From: Balanoglossus misakiensis
Taxonomy: Eukaryota; Animalia; Hemichordata
Reading direction: 5' to 3'
NCBI GenBank assembly: GCA_040954595.2
Contig: CM082589.2
Coordinates: forward strand, 11,916,894-11,980,893
DNA length: 64,000 nt
The translations under genes were made by a program, and so were the position numbers. Numbering within the stretch: position 1 is the stretch's first letter; every line of letters begins with the position of its first letter. A model generated the notes under the pieces. It ran no database searches, was not told the DNA's origin, and saw only the letters and a list, made by a program, of their open reading frames with translations. Of this stretch, positions 22,579-37,799 are shown piece by piece.

Positions 22579-25500
22579 TTAATTAGTAATAGCATATCTG
22601 GAATTCGTAATTTAAATCACGCCGTAGGAAATCTGACTTGATCAACGTGGTCAATGTACGCCTGTTTCTGCTCTAGAGTGCCGGGGCTTCAGCTGAGCCA
22701 GGCCGTAGGAAACCCGACGTGATTACCGTTGTTAACTTACGCCAGTCTGTGTCCTATATATAGTGCCGGGGCATCAGCCGCATCAGGAAATGTGAATAGA
22801 TCAACGTGGTCTCTGTACGCGTGTTTCTGCTCTAGAGTGCCAGGGCTTTAGCCAAGCCATGCCGTAGGAAATCTGACTTGATCAACGTTGCTAACGAACG
22901 CTAGTGTCTGTCATGGTGTTCCGGGGTTTTAGTCGAGCCAGGCCGTAGGAAATCTGACTTGATCATCGTGGTCAATGTACGCGTGTTTCCGCTCTAAAGT
23001 GCCGGGGCTTCAGCTAAACCAGGCCGTAGGAAATCTGACTTGATCACCGTTGCTAACGTACGCTAGTGTCTGTCATATTGTGACGGAGATTTAGCCGAGC
23101 CAGGCCGTAGAAAAATCGACTTGTTCAACGTTACCAGTGTGCAACTGTTTCTGCTCTAGAGTAACTGGGTTTTAGCCGACTTATGCTGTAGGAAATGTGA
23201 GTTGATGAACGGGAATTCAATGTTAGAAAACCCGTGTGGAAAGTATCTCTACCCGTTTGAAACTAAGAAAAGAATTTATTCTTATTTATTTTGTAAAAAA
23301 GACAATTTTTCGAAAAAAAGTCGAAAATGGTAATTTTGTCTTGGGTGATTCAAATTATACCGCCTTTTCTGGAATTTGCAGCACTTTTTACAAGAGAACG
23401 ACACTTCATGCTCCATAATATTTCCGAAAATGAAGAAAAGAGTTAATTTTTTATTTTTTTAAAAATTTACCATTTTTTCAAAATATGGCCAAAATGGCTA
23501 TTTTTTCTTGAATTCCGTCAATATCTCTGCATTTTTGGAGAGGTCGAAAGTTTTAACATACAATCAACATGTCATATATGATCAGGGCACCAAATTCGAA
23601 GAACAAAGGTTTTTTATTTTTTTCTAAAAATGACATTTTCAAGAAAAATTTGGTAAAACGCAATTTTGTCTGCAGTGAGCCAAATTGGCCGGTTTTTTTG
23701 TGGAATTTGTATCGATATATATATACGAAGAGCATTCTATACTCCATCAGATTTCCGAAAATGTAGAAAACAGGTATTTTTTGTAATTTTCAAAAATTTA
23801 CCATTTTGACCAAATTGTGGCTAAAATTGTTATTTTCGTGTTGAATGCCGCCAGTGTCACTGCTTTTAAAAGTCATAAAAACTTTTAACATACAAGCAAT
23901 TGTTTATATATGATCAGGTCACCGAATTAAAAAAATAAAGAATGTTTTCCCTAAAAATGACCTTTTTGGTGCAAAAACGAATAAAACGCAATTTTGTATT
24001 AAATCAGCTCATTCAGAGTGCATTTTTTATAATCAGCACAATTTTTACATATAATGGAAATTTCATACATCATCAGATATCCAAATATGAAAAAATGATT
24101 TAGATTTTAGATGATTGTCCAAAATTAGCTGATATCTAATAAATGTAGTATTGAACCGTTCTGTCCCCCCCCCTACATTATATGCGGTACGCCGATGTCA
24201 GCTTACCCGGCAGTACTGAAGGTCGTGCCCCCAACTAACGTCGGTGTTTGTAACGCCCTGGTTAAATTCGGGCTCTCTCTATAAATTGACAGGCAATAAT
24301 GCAGTCCTACCCGAACAAATGTCGAGTGTTGACCCGCTGTGACTTTCCCTCTTCGGTTTGCCCGACTTAGCCATCGTCTTTGTACTAGAGTGTCGGGTCT
24401 TTTGCAGAGCCAGGCCGAAAGAAATCCGACTTGATCACCGTTGCTAACGAACGCTAGTGTCTGTCATGGTGTGCCGGGGTTTTAGTCGAGCCAGGCCGTA
24501 GGAGATCTGACTTGATCATCGTGGTCAATGTACGCGTGTTTCCGCTCTAAAGTGCCGGGGCTTCAGCTAAACCAGGCCGTAGGAAATCCGACGTAATCAC
24601 CGTTGATAACTTACGCCAGTCTGTGTCATATAGAGCCGGTGCACCAGCCGAGTCACGCCGTAGGAAATCTGACTAGATCAACGTGGTCAATGTACGCATG
24701 TTTCTGCTCTAGAGTGCCGGGGCTTCAGCTGAGCCAGGCCGTAGGAAACCCGAGTCGGACGTGATTACCGTTGTTAACTTACGCCAGTCTGTGTCCTATA
24801 TATAGTGCCGGGGCATCAGCCGTGCCAGGCCGAAGGAAATGTGAGTAGATCAACGTGGTCTCTGTACGCGTGTTTCTGCTCTAGAGTGCCGGGGCTTTAT
24901 CCAAGCCATGCCGTAGAAAATCTGACTTGATCACCGTTGCTAACGCACGCTAGTTTCTGTCATAGTGTGCCGGGGTTTTAGTCGAGCCAAGCCGTAGGAG
25001 ATCAGACTTGATCAACGTGGTCTCTGTACGCGTGTTTCTGCTCTAGAGTGCCGGGGCTTTATCCAAGCCATGCCGTAGAAAATCTGACTTGATCACCGTT
25101 GCTAACGTACGCTAGTGTCTGTCATATTGTGACGGAGATTTAGCCGAGCCAGGCCGTAGAAAAATCGACTTATTCAACGTTACCAGTGTGCAACTGTTTC
25201 TGCTATAGTGTCAGGGTTTTAGCCGACTTATGCTGTAGGAAATCTGAGTTGATGAACGGGAATTCAATGTTAGAAAACCCGTGTGGAAAGTATCTCTACC
25301 CGTTTGAAACTAAGAAAAGAATTTATTCTTATTTATTATGTAAAAAAGACAATTTTTCGAAAAAAGTCGAAAATGGTAATTTTGTCTTGGGTGATTCAAA
25401 TTATACCGCCTTTTCTGGAATTTGCAGCACTTTTTACAAGAGAACGACACTTCGTGCTCCAAAATATTTCCGAAAATGAAGAAAAGAGTTAATTTTTTAT

Positions 25501-28500
25501 GATTTTTTAAAAATTTACCATTTTTGTCAAAATATGGCCAAAATGACTATTTTTTCTTGAATTCCGTCAATATCTCTGCATTTTTGGAGTGGTCGATAGT
25601 TTTAACATACAATCAACATGTCATATATGATCAGGGCACCAAATTCGAAGAACAAAGGTTTTTTTATTTTTTTTTCTAAAAATGACATTTTCAAGGAAAA
25701 TTTGGTAAAACGCAATTTTGTCTGCAGTGAGCCAAATTAGACGGTCTTTTGTGGAATTTGTATCGATATATACATACATACGAAGAGCATTCTATACTCC
25801 ATCAGATTTCCGAAAATGTAGAAAACAGGTATTTTTTGTAATTTTGAAAATTTTTCCATTTTGACCAAATTGTGGCTAAAATTGTTATTTTCGTGTTGAA
25901 TGCCGCCAGTGTCACTGCTTTTAAAAGTCATAAAAACTTTTAACATACAAGCAATTGTTTATATATGATCAGGTCACCGAATTAAAAAAATAAAGAATGT
26001 TTTGCCTAAAAATGACCTTTTTGGTGCAAAAACGAATAAAACGCAATTTTGTATTAAATCAGAGTGCATTTTTTATAATCAGCACCATTTTCACATATAT
26101 AATGGAAATTTCATACATAATCAGATATCCAAATATGAAAAAAATGATTTAGATGATTGTCCAAAATTAGCTGATATCTAATAAATGTAGTATTGAACCG
26201 TTCTGTTCCCCCCCCCCCTACATTATATGCGGTACGCCGATGTCAGCTTACCCGGCAGTACTGCAGGCCGTGTTTGAAACGCCCTGGTTAACTTCGGGCT
26301 TTCTCTATAAATTGACAGGCAATAATGCAGTCCTACCCGAACAAATGTCGAGTGTTGACCCGCTGTGACTTTCCCTCTTCGGTTTGCCCGACGTAGATAA
26401 CGTCTTTGTACTAGAGTGTCGGGTCTTTTGCAGAGCCAGGCCGAAGGAAATCCGACTTGATCACCGTTGCTAACGAACGCTAGTGTCTGTCATGGTGTGT
26501 CGGGGTTTTAGTCGAGCCAGGCCGTAGGAGATCTGACTTGATCATCGTGGTCAATGTACGCGTGTTTCCGCTCTGAAGTGCCGGGGCTTCAGCTAAACCA
26601 GGCCGTAGGAAATCCGACGCAATCACCGTTGATAACTTACGCCAGTCTGTGTCATATAGAGCCGGTGCACCAGCCGAGTCACGCCGTAGGAAATCTGACT
26701 TGATCAACGTGGTCAATGTACGCCTGTTTCTGCTCTAGAGTGCCGGGGCTTCAGCTGAGCCAGGCCGTAGGAAACCCGACGTGATTACCGTTGTTAACTT
26801 ACGCCAGTCTGTGTCCTATATATAGTGCCGGGGCATCAACCGTGCCAGGCCGAAGGAAATGTGAGTAGATCAACGTGGTCTCTGTACGCGTGTTTCTGCT
26901 CTAGAGTGCCAGGGCTTTAGCCAAGCCATGCCGTAGGAAATTTGACTTGATCAACGTTGCTAACGAACGCTAGTGTCTGCCATAGTGTGCCGGGGTTTTA
27001 GTCGAGCCAAGCCGTAGGAGATCAGACTTGATCAACGTGGTCTCTGTACGCGTGTTTCTGCTCTAGAGTGCCGGGGCTTTATCCAAGCCATGCCGTAGAA
27101 AATCTGACTTGATCACCAATGCTAACGTACGCTAGTGTCTGTCATATTGTGACGGAGATTTAGCCGAGCCAGGCCGTAGAAAAATCGACTTGTTCAACGT
27201 TACCAGTGTGCAACTGTTTCTGCTCTAGAGTGTCAGGGTTTTAGCCAACTTATGCTGTAGGAAATCTGAGTTGATGAACGGGAATTCAATGTTAGAAAAC
27301 CCGTGTGGAAAGTATCTCTACCCGTTTGAAACTAAGAAAAGAATTTATTCTTATTTATTTTGTAAAAAAGACAATTTTTCGAAAAAAAGTCGAAAATGGT
27401 AATTTTGTCTTGGGTGATTCAAATTATACCGCCTTTTCTGGAATTTTCAGCACTTTTTACAAGAGAATGACACTTCATGCTCCATAATATTTCCGAAAAT
27501 GAAGAAAAGAGTTAATTTTTTATGATTTTTTAAAAATTTATCATTTTTGACAAAATATGGCCAAAATGGCTATTTTTTCTTGAATTCCGTCAATATCTCT
27601 GCATTTTTGGAGTGGTCGAAAGTTTTAACATACAATCAACATGCCATATATGATCAGGGCACCAAATTCGAAGAACAAAGGTTTTTTTATTATTTTTTTC
27701 TAAAAATCACATTTTCAAGCAAAATTTGATAACATGCAATTTTGTCTGCAGTGAGCCAAATTAGACTGTCTTTTGTGGAATTTGTATCGATATTTACATA
27801 CGAAGAGCATTCTATACTCCATCAGATTTCCGAAAATGTAGAAAACAGGTATTTTTTGTAATTTTCAAAAATTTACCATTTTGACCAAATTGTGGCTAAA
27901 ATTGTTATTTTCGTGTTGAATGCCGCCAGTGTCACTGCTTTTAAAAGTCATAAAAACTTTTAACATACAAGCAATTGTTTATATATGATCAGGTCACCGA
28001 ATCAAAAAAATAAAGAATGTTTTGCCTAAAAATGACCTTTTTGGTGCAAAAACGAATAAAACGCAATTTTGTATTAAATCAGAGTGCATTTTTTATAATC
28101 AGCACCATTTTTACATATAATGGAAATTTCATACATCATCAGATATCCAAATATGAAAAAATGATTTAGATTTTAGATGATTGTCCAAAATTAGCTGATA
28201 TCTAATAAATGTAGTATTGAACCGTTCTGTTTCCCCCCCCCCCCTACATTATATGCGGTACGCCGATGTCAGCTTACCCGGCAGTACTGCAGGCCGTGCC
28301 CCCAACTAACGTCGGTGATTGAAACGCCCTGGTTAAATTCGGGCTTTCTCTATAAATTGACAGGCAATAATGCAGTCCTACCCGAACAAATGTCGAGTGT
28401 TGACCCGCTGTGACTTTCCCTCTTCGGTTTGCCAGACTTAGCCAACGTCTTTGTACTAGAGTGTCGGGTCTTTTGCAGAGCCAGGCCGAAGGAAATCCGA

Positions 28501-31500
28501 CTTGATCACCGTTGCTAACGAACGCTAGTGTCTGTCATAGTGTGCCGGGGTTTTAGTCGAGCCAGGCCGTAGGAGATCTGACTTGATCATCGTGGGCAAT
28601 GTACGCGTGTTTCCGCTCTAAAGTGCCGGGGCTTCAGCTAAACCAGGCCGTAGGAAATCCGACGTAATCACCGTTGATAACTTACGCCAATCTGTGTCAT
28701 ATAGAGCCGGTGCACCAGCCGAGTCACGCCGTAGGAAATCTGACTTGATCAACGTGGTCAATGTACGCCTGTTTCTGCTCTAGAGTGCCGGGGCTTCAGC
28801 TGAGCCAGGCCGTAGGAAACCCGACGTGATTACCGTTGTTAACTTACGCCAGTCTGTGTCCAATATATAGTGCCGGGGCATCAACCGTGCCAGGCCGAAG
28901 GAAATGTGAGTAGATCAACGTGGTCTCTGTACGCGTGTTTCTGCTCTAGAGTGCCAGGGCATTAGCTAAGCCATGCCGTAGGAAATCTGACTTGATCAAC
29001 GTTGCTAACGAACGCTAGTGTCTGTCATAGTGTGCCTGGGTTTTAGTCGAGCCAAGCCGTAGGAAATCAGACTTGATCAACGTGGTCTCTGTACGCGTGT
29101 TTCTGCTCTAGAGTGCCGGGGCTTTATCTAAGCCATGCCGTAGAAAATCTGACTTGATCACCGTTGCTAACGTACGCTAGTGTCTGTCATATTGTGACGG
29201 AGATTTAGCCGAGCCAGGCCGTAGAAAAATCGACTTGTTCAACGTTACCAGTGTGCAACTGTTTCTGCTCTAGAGTGTCAGGGTTTTAGCCGACTTATGC
29301 TGTAGGAAATCTTAGTTGATGAACGGGAATTCAATGTTAGAAAACCCGTGTGGAAAGTATCTCTTCCCGTTTGAAACTAAGAAAAGAATTTATTCTTATT
29401 TATTTTGCAAAAAAGACAATTTTTTGAAAAAAAGTCGAAAATGGTAATTTTGTCTTGGGTGATTCAAATTATACCGCCTTTTCTGGAATTTGCAGCATTT
29501 TTTTTACAAGAGAACGACACTTCATGCTCCACAATATTTCCGAAAATGAAGAAAAGAGTTAGTTTTTTATGATTTTTAAAAAATTTACCATTTTTGACAA
29601 AATATGGCCAAAATGGCTATTTTTTATTGAATTCCGTCAATATCTCTGCATTTTTGGAGTGGTCGAAAGTTTTAACATACAATCAACATGTCATATATGA
29701 TCAGGGCACCAAATTCGAAGAACAAAGGTTTTTTTATTTTTTTTGTCTAAATATGACATTTTCAAGGAAAAGTTGGTAAAACGCAATTTTGTCTGCAGTG
29801 AGCCAAATTAGACGGTCATTTGTGGAATTTGTATCGATATATATATACGAAGAGCATTCTATACTCCATCAGATTTCCGAAAATGTAGAAAACAGGTATT
29901 TTTTGTAATTTTCAAAAATTTACCATTTTGACCAAATTGTGGCTAAAATTGTTATTTTCGTGTTGAATGCCGCCAGTGTCACTGCTTTTAAAAGTCATAA
30001 AAACTTTTAACATACAAGCAATTGTTTATATATGATCAGGTCACCGAATTAAAAAAATAAAGAATGTTTTGCCTAAAAATGACCTTTTTGGTGCAAAAAC
30101 GAATAAAACGCAATTTTGTTTTAAATCAGAGTGCATTTTTTATAATCAGCACCATTTTCACATATATAATGGAAATTTCATACATCATCAGATATCCAAA
30201 TATGAAAAAAATGATTTAGATGATTGTCCAAAATTAGCTGATATCTAATAAATGTAGTATTGAACCGTTCTGTCCCCCCCCCCTACATTATATGCGGTAC
30301 GCCGATGTCAGCTTACCCGGCAGTACTGCAGGCCGTGCCCCCAACTAACGTCGGTGTTTGAAACGCCCTGGTTAACTTCGGGCTTTCTCTATAAATTGAC
30401 AGGCAATAATGCAGTCCTACCCGAACAAATGTCGAGTGTTGACCCGCTGTGACTTTCCCTCTTCGGTTTTCCCGACGTAGATAACGTCTTTGTACTAGAG
30501 TGTCGGGTCTTTTGCAGAGCCAGGCCGAAGGAAATCCGACTTGATCACCGTTGCTAACGAACGCTAGTGTCTGTCATGGTGTGTCGGGGTTTTAGTCGAG
30601 CCAGGCCGTAGGAGATCTGACTTGATCATCGTGGTCAATGTACGCGTGTTTCCGCTCTGAAGTGCCGGGGCTTCAGCTAAACCAGGCCGTAGGAAATCCG
30701 ACGCAATCACCGTTGATAACTTACGCCAGTCTGTGTCATATAGAGCCGGTGCACCAGCCGAGTCACGCCGTAGGAAATCTGACTTGATCAACGTGGTCAA
30801 TGTACGCCTGTTTCTGCTCTAGAGTGCCGGGGCTTCAGCTGAGCCAGGCCGTAGGAAACCCGACGTGATTACCGTTGTTAACTTACGCCAGTCTGTGTCC
30901 TATATATAGTGCCGGGGCATCAACCGTGCCAGGCCGAAGGAAATGTGAGTAGATCAACGTGGTCTCTGTACGCGTGTTTCTGCTCTAGAGTGCCAGGGCT
31001 TTAGCCAAGCCATGCCGTAGGAAATTTGACTTGATCAACGTTGCTAACGAACGCTAGTGTCTGCCATAGTGTGCCGGGGTTTTAGTCGAGCCAAGCCGTA
31101 GGAGATCAGACTTGATCAACGTGGTCTCTGTACGCGTGTTTCTGCTCTAGAGTGCCGGGGCTTTATCCAAGCCATGCCGTAGAAAATCTGACTTGATCAC
31201 CAATGCTAACGTACGCTAGTGTCTGTCATATTGTGACGGAGATTTAGCCGAGCCAGGCCGTAGAAAAATCGACTTGTTCAACGTTACCAGTGTGCAACTG
31301 TTTCTGCTCTAGAGTGTCAGGGTTTTAGCCAACTTATGCTGTAGGAAATCTGAGTTGATGAACGGGAATTCAATGTTAGAAAACCCGTGTGGAATGTATC
31401 TCTACCCGTTTGAAACTAAGAAAAGAATTTATTCTTATTTATTTTGTAAAAAAGACAATTTTTCGAAAAAAAGTCGAAAATGGTAATTTTGTCTTGGGTG

Positions 31501-34500
31501 ATTCAAATTATACCGCCTTTTCTGGAATTTTCAGCACTTTTTACAAGAGAACGACACTTCATGCTCCATAATATTTCCGAAAATGAAGAAAAGAGTTAAT
31601 TTTTTATGATTTTTTAAAAATTTATCATTTTTGACAAAATATGGCCAAAATGGCTATTTTTTCTTGAATTCCGTCAATATCTCTGCATTTTTGGAGTGGT
31701 CGAAAGTTTTAACATACAAGCAACATGCCATATATGATCAGGGCACCAAATTCGAAGAACAAAGGTTTTTTTATTATTTTTTTCTAAAAATCACATTTTC
31801 AAGCAAAATTTGATAACATGCAATTTTGTCTGCAGTGAGCCAAATTAGACTGTCTTTTGTGGAATTTGTATCGATATTTACATACGAAGAGCATTCTATA
31901 CTCCATCAGATTTCCGAAAATGTAGAAAACAGGTATTTTTTGTAATTTTCAAAAATTTACCATTTTGACCAAATTGTGGCTAAAATTGTTATTTTCGTGT
32001 TGAATGCCGCCAGTGTCACTGCTTTTAAAAGTCATAAAAACTTTTAACATACAAGCAATTGTTTATATATGATCAGGTCACCGAATCAAAAAAATAAAGA
32101 ATGTTTTGCCTAAAAATGACCTTTTTGGTGCAAAAACGAATAAAACGCAATTTTGTATTAAATCAGCTCATTCAGAGTGCATTTTTTATAATCAGCACCA
32201 TTTTTACACATAATGGAAATTTCATACATCATCAGATATCCAAATATGAAAAAATGATTTAGATTTTAGATGATTGTCCAAAATTAGCTGATATCTAATA
32301 AATGTAGTATTGAACCGTTCTGTTTCCCCCCCCCCCCTACATTATATGCGGTACGCCGATGTCAGCTTACCCGGCAGTACTGCAGGCCGTGCCCCCAACT
32401 AACGTCGGTGATTCAAACGCCCTGGTTAAATTCGGGCTTTCTCTATAAATTGACAGGCAATAATGCAGTCCTACCCGAACAAATGTCGAGTGTTGACCCG
32501 CTGTGACTTTCCCTCTTCGGTTTGCCAGACTTAGCCAACGTCTTTGTACTAGAGTGTCGGGTCTTTTGCAGAGCCAGGCCGAAGGAAATCCGACTTGATC
32601 ACCGTTGCTAACGAACGCTAGTGTCTGTCATAGTGTGCCGGGGTTTTAGTCGAGCCAGGCCGTAGGAGATCTGACTTGATCATCGTGGGCAATGTACGCG
32701 TGTTTCCGCTCTAAAGTGCCGGGGCTTCAGCTAAACCAGGCCGTAGGAAATCCGACGTAATCACCGTTGATAACTTACGCCAATCTGTGTCATATAGAGC
32801 CGGTGCACCAGCCGAGTCACGCCGTAGGAAATCTGACTTGATCAACGTGGTCAATGTACGCCTGTTTCTGCTCTAGAGTGCCGGGGCTTCAGCTGAGCCA
32901 GGCCGTAGGAAACCCGACGTGATTACCGTTGTTAACTTACGCCAGTCTGTGTCCTATATATAGTGCCGGGGCATCAGCCGTGCCAGGCCGAAGGAAATGT
33001 GAGTAGATCAACGTGGTCTCTGTACGCGTGTTTCTGCTCTAGAGTGCCAGGGCTTTAGCTAAGCCATGCCGTAGGAAATCTGACTTGATCAACGTTGCTA
33101 ACGAACGCTAGTGTCTGTCATAGTGTGCCTGGGTTTTAGTCGAGCCAAGCCGTAGGAAATCAGACTTGATCAACGTGGTCTCTGTACGCGTGTTTCTGCT
33201 CTAGAGTGCCGGGGCTTTATCTAAGCCATGCCGTAGAAAATCTGACTTGATCACCGTTGCTAACGTACGCTAGTGTCTGTCATATTGTGACGGAGATTTA
33301 GCCGAGCCAGGCCGTAGAAAAATCGACTTGTTCAACGTTACCAGTGTGCAACTGTTTCTGCTCTAGAGTGTCAGGGTTTTAGCCGACTTATGCTGTAGGA
33401 AATCTTAGTTGATGAACGGGAATTCAATGTTAGAAAACCCGTGTGGAAAGTATCTCTTCCCGTTTGAAACTAAGAAAAGAATTTATTCTTATTTATTTTG
33501 CAAAAAAGACAATTTTTTGAAAAAAAGTCGAAAATGGTAATTTTGTCTTGGGTGATTCAAATTATACCGCCTTTTCTGGAATTTGCAGCATTTTTTTTAC
33601 AAGAGAACGACACTTCATGCTCCACAATATTTCCGAAAATGAAGAAAAGAGTTAGTTTTTTATGATTTTTAAAAAATTTACCATTTTTGACAAAATATGG
33701 CCAAAATGGCTATTTTTTATTGAATTCCGTCAATATCTCTGCATTTTTGGAGTGGTCGAAAGTTTTAACATACAATCAACATGTCATATATGATCAGGGC
33801 ACCAAATTCGAAGAACAAAGGTTTTTTTATTTTTTTTTTCTAAATATGACATTTTCAAGGAAAAGTTGGTAAAACGCAATTTTGTCTGCAGTGAGCCAAA
33901 TTAGACGGTCATTTGTGGAATTTGTATCGATATATATATACGAAGAGCATTCTATACTCCATCAGATTTCCGAAAATGTAGAAAACAGGTATTTTTTGTA
34001 ATTTTCAAAAATTTACCATTTTGACCAAATTGCGGCTAAAATTGTTATTTTCGTGTTGAATGCCGCCAGTGTCACTGCTTTTAAAAGTCATAAAAACTTT
34101 TAACATACAAGCAATTGATTATATATGATCAAGTCACCGAATTAAAAAAATAAAGAATGTTTTGCCTAAAAATGACCTTTTTGGTGCAAAAACGAATAAA
34201 ACGCAATTTTGTATTAAATCAGCTCATTCAGAGTGCATTTTTTAGAATCAGCACCATTTTTACATCATCAGATATCCAAATATGAAAAAATGATTTAGAT
34301 TTTAGATGATTGTCCAAAATTAGCTGATATATAATAAATGTAGTATTGAACCGTTCTGTTCCCCCCCCCCTACATTATATGCGGTACGCTGATGTCAGCT
34401 TACCCGGCAGTACTGCAGGCCGTGCCCCCAACCAACGTCGGTGTTTGAAAGCCCTGGTTAAATTCGGGCTTTCTCTATAAATTGACAGGCAATAATACAG

Positions 34501-37500
34501 TCCTACCCGAACAAATGTCGAGTGTTGACCCGCTGTGACTTTCCCTCTTCGGTTTGCCCGACTTAGCCAACGTCTTTGTACTAGAGTGTCGGTTCTTTTG
34601 CAGAGCCAGGCCGAAGGAAATCCGACTTGATCACCGTTGCTAACGAACGCTAGTGTCTGTCATGGTGTGCCGTGGTTTTAGTCGAGCCAGGCCGTAGGAG
34701 ATCTGACTTGATCATCGTGGTCAATGTACGCGTGTTTCCGCTCTAAAGCGCCGGTGCTTCAGCTAAACCAGGTCGTAGGAAATCCGACGTAATCACCGTT
34801 GATAACTTACGCCAGTCTGTGTCATATAGAGCCGGTGCACCAGCCGAGTCACGCCGTAGGAAATCTGACTTGATCAACGTGGTCAATGTACGCCTGTTTC
34901 TGCTCTAGAGTGCCGGGGCTTCAGCTGAGCCAGGCCGTAGGAAACCCGACGTGATTACCGTTGTTAACTTACGCCAGTCTGTGTCCTATATATAGTGCCG
35001 GGGCATCAGCCGTGCCAGGCCGAAGGAAATGTGAGTAGATCAACGTGGTCTCTGTCCGCGTGTTTCTGCTCTAGAGTGCCGGGGCTTTATCCAAGCCATG
35101 CCGTAGAAAATCTGACTTGATCACCTTTGCTAACGTACGCTAGTGTCTGTCATATTGTGACGGAGATTTAGCCGAGCCAGGCCGTAGGAAAATCGACTTG
35201 TTCAACGTTACCAGTGTGCAACTGTTTCTGCTCTAGAGTGTCAGGGTTTTAGCCGACTTATGCTGTAGAAAATCTGAGTTGATTAACGAGAATTCATTGT
35301 TAGAAAACCCGTGTGGAAAGTATCTCTACCCGTTTGAAACTAAGAAAAGCATTTATTCTTATTTATTTTGTAAAAAAGACAATATTTCGAAAAAAAGTCG
35401 AAAATGGTAATTTTGTTTTGGGTGATTCAAATTATACCGCCTTTTCTGGAATTTGCAGCACTTTTTACAAGAGAACGACACTTCATGCTCCATAATATTT
35501 CCGAAAATGAAGAAAAGAGTTATTTTTTTATGATTTTTTAAAAATTTACCATTTTTGTCAAAATATGGCCAAAATGGCTATTTTTTCTTGAATTCCGTCA
35601 ATATCTCTGCATTTTTGGAGTGGTCGAAAGTTTTAACATACAATCAACATGTCATATATGATCAGGGCACCAAATTCGAAGAACAAAGGTTTTTTTATTT
35701 TTTTTCTAAAAATGACATTTTCAAGGAAAATTTGGTAAAACGCAATTTTGTCTGCAGTGAGCCAAATTAGACGGTCTTTTGTGGAATTTGTATCGATATA
35801 TACATACGACGAGCATTCTATACTCCATCAGATTTCCGAAAATGTAGAAAACAGGTATTTTTTGTAATTTTCAAAAATTTACCATTTTGACCAAATTGTG
35901 GCTAAAATTTTTATTTTCGTGTTGAATGCCGCCAGTGTCACTGCATTTAAAAGTCATAAAAACTTTTAACATACAAGCAATTCTTTATATATGATCAGGT
36001 CACCGAATTAAAAAAATAAAGAATGTTTTGCCTAAAAATGACCTTTTAGGTGCAAAAACGAATAAAACGTAATTTTGTATTAAATCAGCTCATTCAGAGT
36101 GCATTTTTTATAATCAGCACCATTTTTACATATAATGGAAATTTCATACATCATCAGATATCCAAATATGAAAAAATGAATAAGATATATTTAAGATGAT
36201 TGTCCAAAATTAGCTGATATCTAATAAATGTAGTATTGAACCGTTCTGTTTCCCCCCCCCCCTACATTATATGCGGTACGCCGATGTCAGCTTACCCGGC
36301 AGTACTGCAGGCCGTGCCCCCAACTAACGTCGGTGTTTGAAACGCCCTGGTTAAATTCGGGCTTTCTCTATAAATTGACAGGCAATAATGCAGTCCTACC
36401 CGAACAAATGTCGAGTGTTGACCCGCTGTGACTTTCCCTCTTCGGTTTGCCCGACTTAGCCAACGTCTTTGTACTAGAGTGTCGGGTCTTTTGCAGAGCC
36501 AGGCCGAAGGAAATCCGACTTGATCACCGTTGCTAACGAACGCTAGTGTCTGTCATGGTGTGCCGGGGTTTTAGTCGAGCCAGGCCGTAGGAGATCTGAC
36601 TTGATCATCGTGGTCAATGTACGCGTGATTCCGCTCTAAAGTGCCGGGGCTTCAGCTAAAACAGGCCGTAGGAAATCCGACGTAATCACCGTTGATAACT
36701 TACGCCAGTCTGTGTCATATAGAGCTGGTGCACCAGCCGAGCCACGCCGTAGGAAATCTGACTTGATCAACGTGGTCAATGTACGCCTGTTTCTGCTCTA
36801 GAGTGCCGGGGCTTCAGCTGAGCCAGGCCGTAGGAAACCCGACGTGATTACCGTTGTTAACTTACGCCAGTCTGTGTCCTATATATAGTGCCGGGGCATC
36901 AGCCGTGCCAGGCCGAAGGAAATGTGAGTAGATCAACGTGGTCTCTGTACGCGTGTTTCTGCTCTAGAGTGTCAGGGCTTTAGCAAAGCCATGCCGTAGG
37001 AAATCTGACTTGATCAACGTTGCTAACGAACGCTAGTGTCTGTCATAGTGTGCCGGGGTTTTAGTCGAGCCAAGCCGTAGGAGATCAGACTTGATCAACG
37101 TGGTCTCTGTACGCGTGTTTCTGCTCTAGAGTGCCGGGGCTTTATCCAAGCCATGCTGTAGAAAATCTGACTTGATCACCGTTGCTAACGTACGCTAGTG
37201 TCTGTCATATTGTGACGGAGATTTAGGCGAGCCAGGCCGTAAAAAAATCGACTTGTTCAACGTTATCAGTGTGCAACTGTTTCTGCTCTAGAGTGTCAGG
37301 GTTTTAGCCGATTTATGCTGTAGGAAATCAGAGTTGATGAACGGGAATTCAATGTTAGAAAACCTGTGTGGAAAGTATCTCTACCCGTTTGAAACTAAGA
37401 AAAGAATTTATTCTTATTTATTTTGTAAAAAAGACAATTTTTCGAAAAAAAGGCGAAAATGGTAATTTTGTCTTGGGTGATTCAAATTATACCACCTTTT

Positions 37501-37799
37501 CTGGAATATGCAGCACTTTTTACAAGAGAACGACACTTCATGCTCCATAATATTTCCGAAAATGAAGAAAAGAGTTAATTTTTTATGATTTTTTAAAAAT
37601 TTACCATTTTTGTCAAAATATGGCCAAAATGGCTATTTTTTCTTGAATTCCGTCAATATCTCTGCATTTTTGGAGTGGTCGAAAGTTTTAACATACAATC
37701 AACATGTCATATATGATCGGGGCACCAAATTCAAAGAACAAAGGTTTTTTTATTTTTTTTCTAAAAATGACATTTTCAAGGAATATTTGGTAAAACGCA

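Larger units (their letters stand above)
15120..22616 (+). mobile_element. BEL/Pao LTR retrotransposon 2 (different family from element 1), 3'-truncated, with multiple stops and frameshifts
   Basis: The satellite breaks after GCCGG into TGTAAG. Gag-PR-RT-RH-IN ORF pieces span 15844-22578. The satellite resumes at 22617 with no 3' LTR. Confidence 0.93.

Noticed and set aside
26480-26716. 81 bp (27-codon) repeat as a tandem-repeat protein gene
   Set aside because: A representative monomer has stops in all six frames and one step is 85 bp. This ORF exists only through a local variant that removes a stop.
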